From NCBI GenBank assembly GCA_013265495.1, contig MU058722.1, positions 62,001 through 126,000 on the forward strand: 64,000 nt of DNA, read 5' to 3'. The notes below the pieces were generated by a model. The model did no database searches. It was not told the origin of the DNA and worked only from the letters and a program-made list of their open reading frames with translations. This DNA comes from Vicugna vicugna. Its lineage: Eukaryota. Positions 26,661-39,400 of the stretch are shown piece after piece. Position numbers and translations under genes: made by a program. How positions within the stretch are numbered: position 1 is the first letter of the stretch; each line of letters opens with the position of its first letter.

Positions 26661-26700
26661 AGATTGGTAATTTTTTCTTCCCTCTTTCCTTTTGTGTTGA

Positions 26701-26918
26701 TCTCTATTCCAAGAACTGATGAAAGGCAGATTCCTTCAGTCTAAACAAGATGAATGGGCAGAGATTCTAAAAGTGTTCAAGTTCTTGGAAGAGGTCATCA
26801 GAATCAACACATCTCAAGGGTCTTTTTCAGAGAATACAAGAGACCATGCACCAAGCCCTGTTTATCCTTTTCCCAGGAGTGGGCCAATGTATTAAGACTT
26901 GCTGTTCCTTCACACTCA
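26701..26918 (+). pseudogene. Short EBLL fragment (pre-motif A / motif F)
   Basis: Frame from 26701 reads SLFQELMKGRFLQSKQDEWAEILKVFKFLEEVIR vs recalled BoDV-1 L KELKVKGRFFSKQ...KNEVM. DNA is homologous to the start of copy A in each unit. Confidence 0.75.
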
Positions 26919-29900
26919 ACCAGCCATGCAGGTATAACCTCAGTCTGCTACTGCAGGAGAATTAGATCCAGGTCCAATTTTACCAATACTGTAGGGAGAA
27001 CCTGAGCCTGCTACTGCAGGAGAGACAGCACTGTGTCCCATTTCACCAATCTTTCAAGGAGACCCTAAGCCTACTCCTGCAGGAGACTCAGAGCCGAATC
27101 ACATTCCACCAGCTGTGTAGGAAGACCATCATGCCTTCACTTGCAATGGATCCAGGAATGTGTCCAATTACACTAGCCTTGTAGGGAGACCTTGAGCCTG
27201 TTCCTGCAGGAGAAACAGATCTCTGTCATATTCCACCATCCCTCCAGGAAGATGCAGGGCCTCCTCCTGCAGGAGACTCAGGAATTGGTCCAATTTCACC
27301 AGTCCTGCAGGAAGACTCTGAGCCAATTCCTGCAGGAGACCCAGGACTGGGTCCCATTCCATCAATCATGCACTAAGACCTTGAAGTGGGTCCAATTCCA
27401 CTAGCCTTGCTGGGTGACCCACAAGCCTGATCCTGCAGGAAAATTAGAGATATGTCATATTCCAGAAGCCCTGCAGGAAGACTGAAAGCCTGCTTCTGCA
27501 GGAGACCCAGGAATAGGTCCAAATACGCCAGCCTTGCTGGGAGAGCACAAACCTGATCCTGCAGGTGATACACAGTGAGGTACAATTCCAACAGCCCTGC
27601 AGGGATATCCTGAGGCCACTTCGGCAGGAAACACATGACTGGGTCACATTCCAATACCCCAGAAGGGAGACCGTGAGCCTGCTACTCCAGGAAACCCAGA
27701 ACTTAGTCCCATTCCACCAAACCTGCAGTCAAACACTAAGACTGCATCTGCAGAAAACACAGTGCGGGTCACATAACACCAGCCCTGTAGTGAGACTACA
27801 AACCTGCTCCTGGGGGAGACCAAGCCATTCACAGAGAATATGAGCCAGCTCCTGCAGAAGAACAAGAGTTGTGTGACATTCTACCAGCTCTGCAGGTAAT
27901 CCATAGGCTTGCTCCTGCAGGAGACAGACATCCCAGTCCAATTCCATCAGCCTCTCCAGGGAGAACCCCAGCCTCCTCCTGCAGGAGAGCCAGAACTAGA
28001 TCCCATTCCACCAACCCTGCATGGAAACACTGAGCTTGCTCCTGCAGCATACCCACAGCCAAGTCATATTCAACAAACCCTCCAGGGAGACACTGAGCCT
28101 GCAATTGTAAGAGACCCAGGACTGGGACCAATTCCAACAGCTCTCCAGGGAATCCCTCACCTGCTCCCATAGGAGACTAAGAGCCATCAGTTCTGGTGGG
28201 GTCCCTGAGCCTGCATCTGCAAAAGAACCACAGGGTGGAGTCACATTCCACCAGCCCTGCAAAGAGAACAGAACCTGCTACTGCAGGAGACACAGGACTA
28301 GGTCCCATCCCACCAACCTTGCAGGGATACCCTGAGCCTTGGACCAAGGAATGGGACAAATTCTGCTAACCTTCTAGGGAGACCATGAGCTTCTCCTGCA
28401 AGAGAACCAGAGATGGGTCATATTACAGTATTCTTCCAGGAAGAACCAAGGCCTGCTCCTGCAGGAGATGCAAGAACAGGCCCAATTCCACCAGCCTGAA
28501 GGCAGAGTCCAAATCTGTTCTGGCAGGTGACCTAGAGAAGGGGCCCATTCCACCAGCCCTGCAGGGAGACTCTGATCCTACTACTACAGGAGACCAAGGA
28601 ATGGGTCTCATTAAACCAACCCTGAAGGGAGACACAGAAACTACACTTGCAGGAACCACAGAGCCAGGTCACATTCCATCAGCCCTGTAGTGACCCCTGA
28701 GCTGGGTCCAATTACACTATCCTTGCAAGGAGACTCTGTGCCTACTCCTGAAGCAGAACCAGTGATGGGTCATGTTCCAACAGCCCTGCAGGAAGACCTG
28801 GAGCTGCTTCTGCAGAAGACCCAGGACAGGGTCTGATTCCAGCATCCCAGCAGGGAGAAAAATAGCCTGCTCCTGCAAGTGACCAATATCTGAGTCATAT
28901 TCCACTAGCCATGCAGGAAGAACATAAGCCTGCTGTTGCAGGAAACTCAGAACCATGTGCCATTCCAGCAACACTGCAAAGAGAATTTGAGCCTGCCCCT
29001 GCAGGAAACAGAAACCCAGTCACATTCCACAAGCCCTGCAGGGATACCGGAGCCTGCACATGCAGGAGGCCCAGGCCTGGGACCAACTCTACCAACCCTG
29101 TGGAAAGACCCTGAATCAGCTCTGGCATTAGACTAAGAGCCATGTCACATTCCACCAGCCCTACAGGTAATTTATCAGCCTGTAACCTACACCTTCAAAA
29201 GACCCAAGAATTGGACCAATTCCAATGGCACTGCAGGGAGACCATGAGCCATGTCCAATTCCACTAGCCCTGCAGGAAGGCCCCATGCCTACTCCTGCAG
29301 GAGAACCTGAGATTTGTCATATTGCACCATGAGCCTGCTCCTCCAGGAGACCCAGGACTATGTCCCATCCACCAGCCCTGCAGGGAAACCCTGAGACTGT
29401 TCCTTCAGGAGAACCACAACTGGGTCACATTTCACTAGCAATGCAGGGAGACTTAGAGCCTGCACCTTCAAGACACCCAAGAATTGGAACAATTCCAGCA
29501 GCACTGCAGGGACACCATTAGCCAGGTCCAATTCCACTAGCCCGGCATAGAGACCCTGAGCATGCTCCTGTAGGAGACCCAGAACTGGGTCTCATTCCAC
29601 AAGGCTTGCAGGGAGAAACTCTGCATGTTTCTGCAAGAGACCAACAGATGAGTCACATTTCACCAGCCCTGAAGGGAGACCCCAATCCTGCAACTGCAAG
29701 GGACCTAAGACAGGAACAAAATCGACTAGCCCTGTAGGGGGACCCTGAGCCTGCTTCTGAAAGAGAATCAGAGATGGGTCATATTCCAACAACCCAGCAG
29801 GGACAGTCCGAGCCTGCTCCTGCAGGAGATATAGAGTAGGGTGAAATTGCAAAACCTTGCAAGGACACCCTGAATCTGCTGCTGCAGGGGAAAAATGATG

Positions 29901-30200
29901 GGGTCTCATTCCACAAGCCTTACAAGGAGACCCTGAGCCTGGTCTTGCATGAGATCCTGAGCTGGTTCCTGCAGGAGACCTAGGACTGGGTCCCATTCTA
30001 TCAACCCTGCAGGGGAACCCGAGACTGCACCTGCAAAAAGCACAGAACCGTGTCACATCCTACCAGCTCTGCAGACTGTAAGACTAGACCTACAGGAGAC
30101 CTAGAGCCAGGTTACATTAACAGTCCTGCAGGGAGATCCTGAGCCTGATCTTGTAGCTCCTCCTGCACCTACACACATACTTCTATGAGACCCAGAGCCA
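26919..30200. repeat. Degenerate 63-bp minisatellite, roughly 50 copies, rich in PstI (ctgcag) sites
   Basis: Consensus approx. ccagccctgcagggagaccctgagcctgctcctgcaggagacccaggactgggtcccattcca. 21-aa periodicity is visible in the ORF track. Confidence 0.93.
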
Positions 30201-30429
30201 ATTCAGGCATCACCACCCCTATGGGCTGAGATGTCTCTGCAACCACCAACACTGTCATCAAATTCTAAGAATCAACCCACTCCCAGACCCGAATTTTACT
30301 TCCCTTCTCCTGGCATTATTTTTGTTTGTTTTTTTCCTGTAATTTCCTTGTTTTCTTTCATGTCACTTAGAGTATCATCTATTTTTTTTGCTAGTCCTTA
30401 TATCTGCTATTATATTCTTTAGAGTTCTC

Positions 30430-30625
30430 TTCACTTTTTACTAGCCAGCCCTTGGTTACTCTGCTCCTCTGTTATAATAATTCTTTATATTAAACTTCAC
30501 CTGTTCAATTTCTTTGTGGTTTATGTCTCCTGATTGGACCCTGACAGATACAGGATTGGCACTGTGGATGGTACTAGGAGACAGAAATACAAAGATGGGA
30601 TTTGGGGACAGATGTAGTCAAGGGC
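30430..30625 (+). mobile_element. Ancient ERVL-class LTR 3' end plus start of internal region (LTR16-like)
   Basis: LTR-end-like tctcctgattggaccctgacagataca followed by ggattggcact...gatgggatttgggg. Family assigned from memory. Confidence 0.5.
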
Positions 30626-30749
30626 CCCCTGCCTCAACCGAGGGATAGTAGCTACTCCTTATATCTGCTATTGTTTTCTTTTTTTTTCTAGATAATCTTT
30701 TGAGTATCATCTATTTTTATGTTTTAAGTTTACAATAATAAAATTTAGA

Positions 30750-31000
30750 TGTTTTTCCATTTTAAATTGTGCAATTCAGGAGCATTAAGTGCATTCACAA
30801 TGCTGTGCAACCATCATCACTGTCTAGTTTCAGACTGTTTCTTTCCTCAAAATAAAACCCTGTATCCAAAGCACACATTCTCTTTTCTCCCTCCTCCAAC
30901 CCCTGACAAGGCCTAATCCTCTTTCTCTCTGTGTGTCTTTCCCTACCCTGGATGTTCCCTATCAATGAAATCATACAAAAGTTGGCTGTTTGTGTCTGCA
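30750..31000 (-). mobile_element. Old L1 3'UTR fragment (L1M type)
   Basis: cattcacaatgctgtgcaaccatcatcact is a typical antisense L1MB-type 3' end. Confidence 0.7.
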
Positions 31001-32497
31001 ATCATATTTTAACAAGGGATTGGTTTAATTTTTTTTTACTTGAAGTAGCATTTTGGATATTTGAAAGGGAAATCCAGGTGGATTAAAGATGAGATGTACA
31101 CAATGAATAATTTTAGTAACTATGTGCATAATCTCGAGATAGGCACAGCTATTCTATGTGTGAAACCAGAGCCAGAAGGAAGATGCTTACCTCTTCTTGT
31201 GGCAAAACATAACCTAACAAAATAAAAAGATAATAATAATCAAAATCCATGAAAGACAAATCACAACCTGGAAAAATCATTTTTCATAACCTAAAGTCAG
31301 AGAAAGTTTTCACATCCCTGTGGTCCAAAAACTTCTTGAAACACTGTGTTCTAAACAGAAACAGAACAAACACATGCAATTCCAACAACAGGCAATGCAG
31401 GTGGCCAGTGTATATTAGAGATGCTCGACTTCTCAAGTGAGGATGCACGAAGATGTTCACACTTCGGAGACAGCATTGGTCAACATCACACTGGGAGGCC
31501 TTTAGCCTGGTGACAACCAGCTCTAGGGACAACATGAGGAGGCAGAGGCCACAGTAGATCCCTTGGAGGGAAGAGTGAGCAGACTCTCCTCTCTGGGAGA
31601 ACAGTATGCAGGATGCATCACAGTTCCACAAGTGCACCCCTTTCTGAGTAGTGCTGATGCTTAGTGCTGATCATACTAAAATTCTTGCACAATTTTTCAA
31701 AGATGTCTTTTCAAGGATGTTCATCACAGTCCTGGTTAAACTACTAGGGAAATGGAAGCAACACTAATGTTCATGGAGAGGGGGTGGGATTCATCAGTTC
31801 TGGTTCACATGGAGGAATGATTGTTGTGCAGCTGGAAAAATGAGTGCTAGGTCTTTACCTGATGTCAAGGAAGCCCTCAGTTTGGATGCTTGTTAATCCA
31901 TCATTTACATCCCAGATGCCATCTCTATGACCACATATGTGTCAAATCATCATAGATGTAAATGAATCTTGTGGTGTGTGAGAGACAGAGGCAGAGAGAA
32001 TGAGAGAGATAGACTGAGAGATGTTCACCAAACCATTCATGATCATCACTTCTGGGAGTGGGATTTGCAAATCTCTGCACTTTTCCTTTAGGCAACATTT
32101 CAAGTGTTTATAATGTATCTATATTGTTTACTAATTCTAAGGTATTAAAAGGATATGTTACTTGAGATTCATTCATATTTCATCTATAGAATAAAGTTTA
32201 TTATTTTTATTTTAAAATATTTGTTACAAGTACAATCAGCATTTATGAGAGTAAAATGATAAATTCTAAAGAATTAAGAATCAGATAAAGAAGAAAACCT
32301 TTTGGTGACTCAGACACAGGCCAGCTAGTTGGAAGCAAATGGCAGGGTGGGACAGGTTTCTCCAGAAGGTTGTGTATGTTCTGAATCAGCATCCAATAGA
32401 GGCAAGGAAAAATTACAAGACATGTACGCTGAAAACTACAACAGCTTGTTGAGAGTAATTAAGAAAGACCTAGCCCTATTTTAAAATTTGAAGGAGC

Positions 32498-35150
32498 CAA
32501 AATGGCAGAGTAGACAGACTCACAGCTTGACCTCTCCCACAAATACGCAAAGAATTACATCTACAAAAACATTGAATTGCACAGAAACCTCCTGAACTCT
32601 GGTAGAGTGTCTCTTATTTTGAAATACAGGAAGATTCTCACAAAATATGGTAAGGAATAAAAAGAAAAAAGAAAAATTCAGTGCAGGACTGATCCTGCAG
32701 GGAAAGAGTAGCATAGGAAGAAAGGTACCCTCACACTGGAACACAACCTCTCTAGCTGGGAGATCAGCTAGGAAAGAAGCAGAACTTAAAAGGTTTGGAG
32801 GAGACAGTGGCAACTGCATGGCAGGCAGAACTGGAGAAAACTGACACAGAGGGTCCCTGTGATGACCAGCCCTANNNNNNNNNNNNNNNNNNNNNNNNNN
32901 NNNNNNNNNNNNNNNNNNNNNNNNNNNNNNNNNNNNNNNNNNNNNNNNNNNNNNNNNNNNNNNNNNNNNNNNNNNNNNNNNNNNNNNNNNNNNNNNNNNN
33001 NNNNNNNNNNNNNNNNNNNNNNNNNNNNNNNNNNNNNNNNNNNNNNNNNNNNNNNNNNNNNNNNNNNNNNNNNNNNNNNNNNNNNNNNNNNNNNNNNNNN
33101 NNNNNNNNNNNNNNNNNNNNNNNNNNNNNNNNNNNNNNNNNNNNNNNNNNNNNNNNNNNNNNNNNNNNNNNNNNNNNNNNNNNNNNNNNNNNNNNNNNNN
33201 NNNNNNNNNNNNNNNNNNNNNNNNNNNNNNNNNNNNNNNNNNNNNNNNNNNNNNNNNNNNNNNNNNNNNNNNNNNNNNNNNNNNNNNNNNNNNNNNNGAT
33301 CCACACCGACTTACAGGCAGTGAGTGGAATTCTGACTCAAGAAGGGTGACCAGTGAGGGTATTTACAACAGGGTGGTGTATGGTTCCATATGTGGGTGCG
33401 GGATTCGGGTTTGAGCTGAACCTGTAGTGGACCAAAAATTCATGTGTGTGACTGCACACTTGCTAAGGTAGGTCCAAGGACTGACACTGCTGGATCTGCA
33501 CTGATGTTTCCTGGGGCTCAGAACCTGAGGGGCACCAGAGTAGGTGGCTGATATTCCCATAGCTAAGGCAGGGATAAAGCCAACATCAACAAATAGTACT
33601 TTGTAAGTCTGCATAAAAAGTGACAGGCAACACCACAGAGAGAACTCCCCAGTGGACATCTCCTGCCTATTTTCCTTCACAACTGAAGTGCTCCAAACCT
33701 GCCTACTACACACCACAGCTCAGAAACGGGTCTAGAAGAAATACATAGAGTCAGAGAAATATAAGTAAAACAAAGAAGCCAAGGAACCACTTTCAATTAA
33801 AAGAACAAGAGAAATCCCCTGAAAGAACAATCAGTAAAATAGACTTTGATAGTCTACTAGACTTCAAAAAGGGAATGATCAACTCACTGAAAGAACTAAA
33901 AGAGACTATCAATAGAGACAGAAAACTTTAAAAAGAAAATTTAAACTATAAAGAAGAGCTAGTTAAAAATAGAAAATTCAACTACAGGCAATCAAAAGAA
34001 GACTAGATAATGCAGAGGAATGAATAAATGACTTAGGAGACAAGATAAAAGAAATAACCCAAAAAGAACAGCAGACAGAAAAGCAAATAAAAACCAATTA
34101 AAGCAAGATAATATAAAGTGTGCCAGCCTATGCATAATAGTGGGTACCAGAAGGAGAAGAAAGAGAAAAGGGGATTGAAAAGATAGTTAAAGAAATCTTG
34201 ACTGAAAACTTTGCAAACCTTAAGAAGGAAAGAATTATCCAAGTACAGGAGGAACAGAGGGTCCCAAACAAGAAGAAACCAAAGAGACCTACACCAAGAT
34301 ATATTATAGTTAAAATGGTTAAAGTTAAAGAAAATATTCTAAATGCAGTGAGAGAAAAACAAAGTGTTAGTTACAACGGAGTCCCATAAGCATTCAGCAG
34401 ATTTCTCTACCTAAAAACTTCTGGCCAGAAGGGAGTGGCAAGATATATTCAAAGTCCTGAATAAGAAAAGGCTGCAAACTAGGATATTCTATCTAGAAAG
34501 ACTATCCTTTAGAACAGAAAGAGAGAGAAAGAATTTCACAGACAAGCAAAAACTAAAAGAATTCAGCAGTACTAAATCTATGCTAAAAAAAATTTTGAAA
34601 GTTGTAATCTAAATAAAAAATAAACAGGAAGCTATAGAAATTAAGAAAGCATAATTGGAAATGCAATAAATACAGTGAGTTGCAAGGGAAAACATGAGGA
34701 TCTAAATAAGTCAGTAAGTCAATAAAGAAAATAAGAAAGCAAGCAAGAAAGCGAGAATAGCAAAATCATAAAAGGTGAAAGAGGAGAGCAAGAGAATATA
34801 TATTTTATTCCCTTTCTTTTTTTTTTCTTTTTTTCTTCTTTCTTTTTAGGATGCACTTGAGCCCACATTACTATCAACTAAAACCAAACAGATGAAGTAA
34901 GGGGTTACCATACTTGACAGACAAGATAACCACAAATCAGAAGTATATAATAGAGTCATAAAACCCAAAAAGAAACCAAGCTAATAGAAAAGAAATTTAT
35001 CAAACCACAAAAATAAAAATAATTAAAAGAAAGAAACAAGAAATACCAAAACAACTGGAAAACAAATTTCAAAATGGCAATAAACCCACATCTATAAAAT
35101 AACTACTATAAATGTTAATGGACTAAATGTTCCAATCAAAAGAAAAAGAA
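32498..35150 (+). mobile_element. LINE-1: 5'UTR start, gap, decayed ORF1, inter-ORF, first codons of ORF2
   Basis: aaaatggcagagtag 5' start. ORF 34198-34389 ENFANLKKE..RPTPRYIIVKM. INVNGLNVPIKR endonuclease start at ~35107-35143. Confidence 0.88.
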
Positions 35151-36430
35151 TGAAGGAGGAGGAAAGATGGTGGAGTAAAAAAAGATTCTCAGAGCTCACC
35201 CTCTCCCACAAATTCACCAAGTGTGACATCCACAGACACGCCCACCACCCAGAACACCTGCTGAACTTTGACAGAATATTGTCTTCTTCAAAAGATAACA
35301 TTTTCCACAAATCTGGTAGGAGAAAAGGAGAAAAGAAGAAAAAGGAAAATAGTTCTGGACCATTCCAATGGGGAGGGAGCTGCAAAGGAGGAATAGCATT
35401 AATACACTGGGTCTCCCCAACTCCAAAGGCGAGTTCAGCAGGAAGGAGAGGGAACCTCTGAGACTCAGATCTGTACAGAATAGCCTTTGACTGACAGAAC
35501 TACGTTAATTGGGCACAAAGGTTCCCAACGATCCCCAGCCCTAGACGTGAACCAGCAGGGGTGGGATGGGACAGGCTGTCTGAGTTGAGCAGAGGACTCG
35601 GGCTGACTCGACAGAGGAAACCTTGGGGGACTGCAATGTTCTGTGTGCCATGGCTGGGAGAGTATACAGAACAGCCTGGGTCCCCCATAAAATACAAAAA
35701 TAAAGGCAAAAAACACTGCTGGTATGCCCTGGGGGGAAGGGGAGCCATAGCCTTTGTGTCTGCAGACCCACAGTGCCATTATTGGAGACTTCTTGGGAGA
35801 AGAGAGTCAAGGCTCAGCCATAGCCACCATATTTTCTGGTGCATGGTTCCCAGGTAGAGGAGGGGTCAAAACCCGAATCTCTACCTTGGGGCTCCACAAC
35901 CTCATAGGTGGGACTGAGATTTGTTTACAGTCCCAAGAAGAAGGGACCATTACACACTGATGCCTCTCTGAGTTGGCTCTTCTAAGACAAATGCACAAGA
36001 AGCAGTGTTCTGGAACAGAGCAGGGGTGAGGGCTAGTGCAGCTGTTTCCTCTGGGTCCACCTATAAAGTATGGACCCAATGCGGCAGGGGAGCTACCTGC
36101 CAACTACCTTGCACAAGTGTGGTCCTGGGACCAGGCATCTGGTGGGGGGTGCAGACCACCCATTTAATGATGCTGGGACACAGACCAGGGGCACGACTAG
36201 ACGGCCTCTGGAACCAGCAAGTGGAGTTTTCACAGCAGGATATGGGCAGGAGTGTGACAACCACAGGAAAAAAAGGAGCTCCTGCTCAATAGCCAGGGCA
36301 GATTCAGGCCACCAGAACACCAGCCACACCACCAACAAAGGGGATAACAGGCAAAAGGCGTGGAAGGAAGACTTGGCAACCACCCATAGTTAAAAATAAC
36401 CTTATGACAAAATTATTAAGAGTGTATATT
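35151..36430 (+). mobile_element. L1 5'UTR copy (~1.3 kb)
   Basis: Begins aagatggtggagta and is colinear with 36431-37790. Confidence 0.82.
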
Positions 36431-39400
36431 CTTGGAGAAAGGCCAAGATAGTGGAGTAGAAGGATGCTTGTATCTTATCCTCTCCAATAAACTCACCAAG
36501 ACTGACATTCACAGACACACCCATCCACTCAGGACATCTGCTGAACTTTGATAAAACATTGCCATCTTCAAAAGACAAAATGTGCCACCAATCTGGTAGG
36601 AGAAAAGGAAAAAAGAAGGAAGAAAATGCAAAATGGCTTGGGGTTGGTCCTTTGAAGAGGGAGCAGCAAAGGAGGGATAGTGCTGGTTGACTGGGTCTCC
36701 CTCTTTCCAACGGAGAGGTCAGCAGGATGGACAGGGAACCTCTGAGGCTCAGATGTGTACAGAACCACCCTTGACTGACAGAATTAAGTTAAATGGGCAC
36801 AAAGTATGTCAACAACCCTCAAACCTAGAAGTGAATCAGGGATGGGAAGAGACAGGCTGCTGGATTCAGGCAGACTCTGGTTGGCTGTACAGAGGTAACC
36901 CTGGGGGATTGCAGTGTGCTGTGGACAACTGCTTGGATTGTATACAGATCAGAACAGCCTGGGCCCCCCATAAAATAAGAAAAAAAAATAAAGCAAAGCA
37001 ACATTGCTGGCTTGCCTGGGGGAAGGGGTGTTTCGTCCTTTGTTTCTGCTGACTCATGGCAACATAACTGGTGATTTCTCAGAAGAAGAGAGATGAGGCT
37101 CAGCCACAGCCATCATACCCACCCAGGCAGACATGGGGTTGAAACCTGAATATGTATCTGGCTTTTCTGCAACCTCATAGGTGGGACTGAGACTTGTTTA
37201 CATCCCCAGACATATAGGAAGTTTCTGTCCTGGTGCCTCTATGAACTCGCACCTCTAAGACAAATGAACAAGGAGCAGAGTTCTGGCAAAGAGCAGGGAC
37301 TAGGGCTGGTGTGGCCATTTGCCTCAAGCCCACCCACAGAGTGTGGAACAGATGTGGGGTGGGGAGTAGCACTGAACAGGGGAGCAACCAACCCAACTAC
37401 TGTGCAGGACTGCTGCACCTGGACACAGCATTGGTAAGTGGCACAACCTGCCCACCTACCATGCAGGAGTGCAGCACCAAGATGCAGCATTGGGAGGAGA
37501 TATGACATGTCTACCAACAGGCACTGGGAGCAGCACAGACCAAGGGTGTGACCAGAGGGTCTCTGGAACCAATGAGCTGAGTTCATGAAGCAAGGCAAGG
37601 GCAGGAGCTGTGACAACCACAAAACAAAGAGGAGTCCCCATTCAATAGCCAGGGTAGGCTCTGGTTAACAGGTTAATGGCCACATCCTTAACCAAATGGA
37701 TAACAGACAAAAGGCACAGAAGTAAGACATGGCAACCACACATATTTAAGAAGGACCTCTTGATAAAATTATTAAGGGCACACAATCTCCACAGGAACAT
37801 ACTGTCTTTTTTTCTGTTCCATTTTCTTTTACTTTTTAAATGTTACTTCTTAAATAATTTTTATATTTCTATTTTCAATCCCTTTTTAAATTTTCTTTTA
37901 AAATACTTTTATTATTATCTTTCAATTTGTCCAATTTCATTTTTATCCTTGTTTTATTCTTCTGTTATGTTTATACTCTATTCTCAAATATATTTTCTTC
38001 CTTTAATATTTTAAAAATTCATCCCAACTCAATTGTTATCTTGTTTCAATATGTTCTTCTGTTATGGATTATACTGCTTTTAAAACTAATTTCTTTGTGC
38101 TTAGTTTTATTTCTGCATCCACTTTATATAAATAAATAAACTCTTAAAAGACCACAGTAGATAATTGATACTCCATAAGCCATTGTGCCAGAGAGATATA
38201 AGCAAGATAAAGAAGCAGAACAACCTCTCTCAATTGAAAGAACAAGATAAATACCCTGAAAGTACAATCAATGAAATAGACATTAATAGTCTACTAGACG
38301 ATTTTAAAAAAGGAGTGATCAATGTACTGAAGAAACTAAAAGATTGTGTATAGAGACAATGTCATAAAACGAAATTGAATCTCTAAAGAGGAGCCAGTGA
38401 AAATTGGAAAACTCATTTGCTGAGATAAGAGATGAGCTAAAGGCTGTAAAATGTAGGCTGGATAATTGAGAGGAATGAATATGTGACTTAGAAGACAGGA
38501 CAACAGAAGAGCTGAGAGACAACAAATAAAAACCAATGAAAGCAATATAAGGGACCTATGGAATAACATAAAGCATGCCAACCTACTCATAATGGGGGGC
38601 CCAGAAGGAGAAGTAAGAACAAAGAAGATTGAAAAGATATTTGAAGAAGTCATGACTGAAAAGTTCCCAAACCTAAAAAAGGAATCAGATATCCAAGTAC
38701 AGGAAGCACAGAGCTTCCCAAACAAGGAGGACCCAAACAGACCCACACCAAGACATATTACAATCAGGATGACCAGGGTTGAAAATAGGAAATGATTCTA
38801 AAGACAGCAAGAGGAAAACAAAGAATGAGATACAAGGGAACCCCCATAAGACTTTCAGCTGATTTCTCTACAAAAACAGTACAGGCCAGAAGGGAGGGGC
38901 AAGGTATATTCAAAGTCCTGAATGAAAAAATGATGCAGCCTAGGATACTTTATCCATCAAGGCTATCATTTAGAATAGAAGGAGAGGTAAAGAACTTCAC
39001 AGACAAGCAAAAACTAAAAGAATTTAGCAACACTAAACCTATGTTAAAGGAAATATTGAAAGACATACTCTAAATAGAAAAGAAGCAGGGTGATACAAAA
39101 AGGAGAAAACCATAATTGGAAAGGCGATTGCTACAATGAATTACAACAGAATAAACATGAAATCATAAAAGAGGGCATCTAAATCATTAAGGGTGGGAGA
39201 GGCGAGCAAGAAAATGTACAGGTTTCTCTCTCTCTCTCTTTCTCTCTGTCTCTGTCTCTTTTTTGCTCTTGGTAGGATGGGTTTGAGCTTATATTACTAT
39301 CTGTTTAAAATAAACAGATATAGTAATGGGTTAATATATGTACAAACTAGGGTAACCACAAGCCAAAAAGTTACAATAGAGTCACAAAACTAAAAAGACA

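Noticed and set aside
26919..30200. Pro-rich or LRR-like protein encoded by the 63-bp repeat; CRISPR-like array
   Set aside because: Frequent stops and frameshifts in all frames, no unique spacers, and eukaryotic context.
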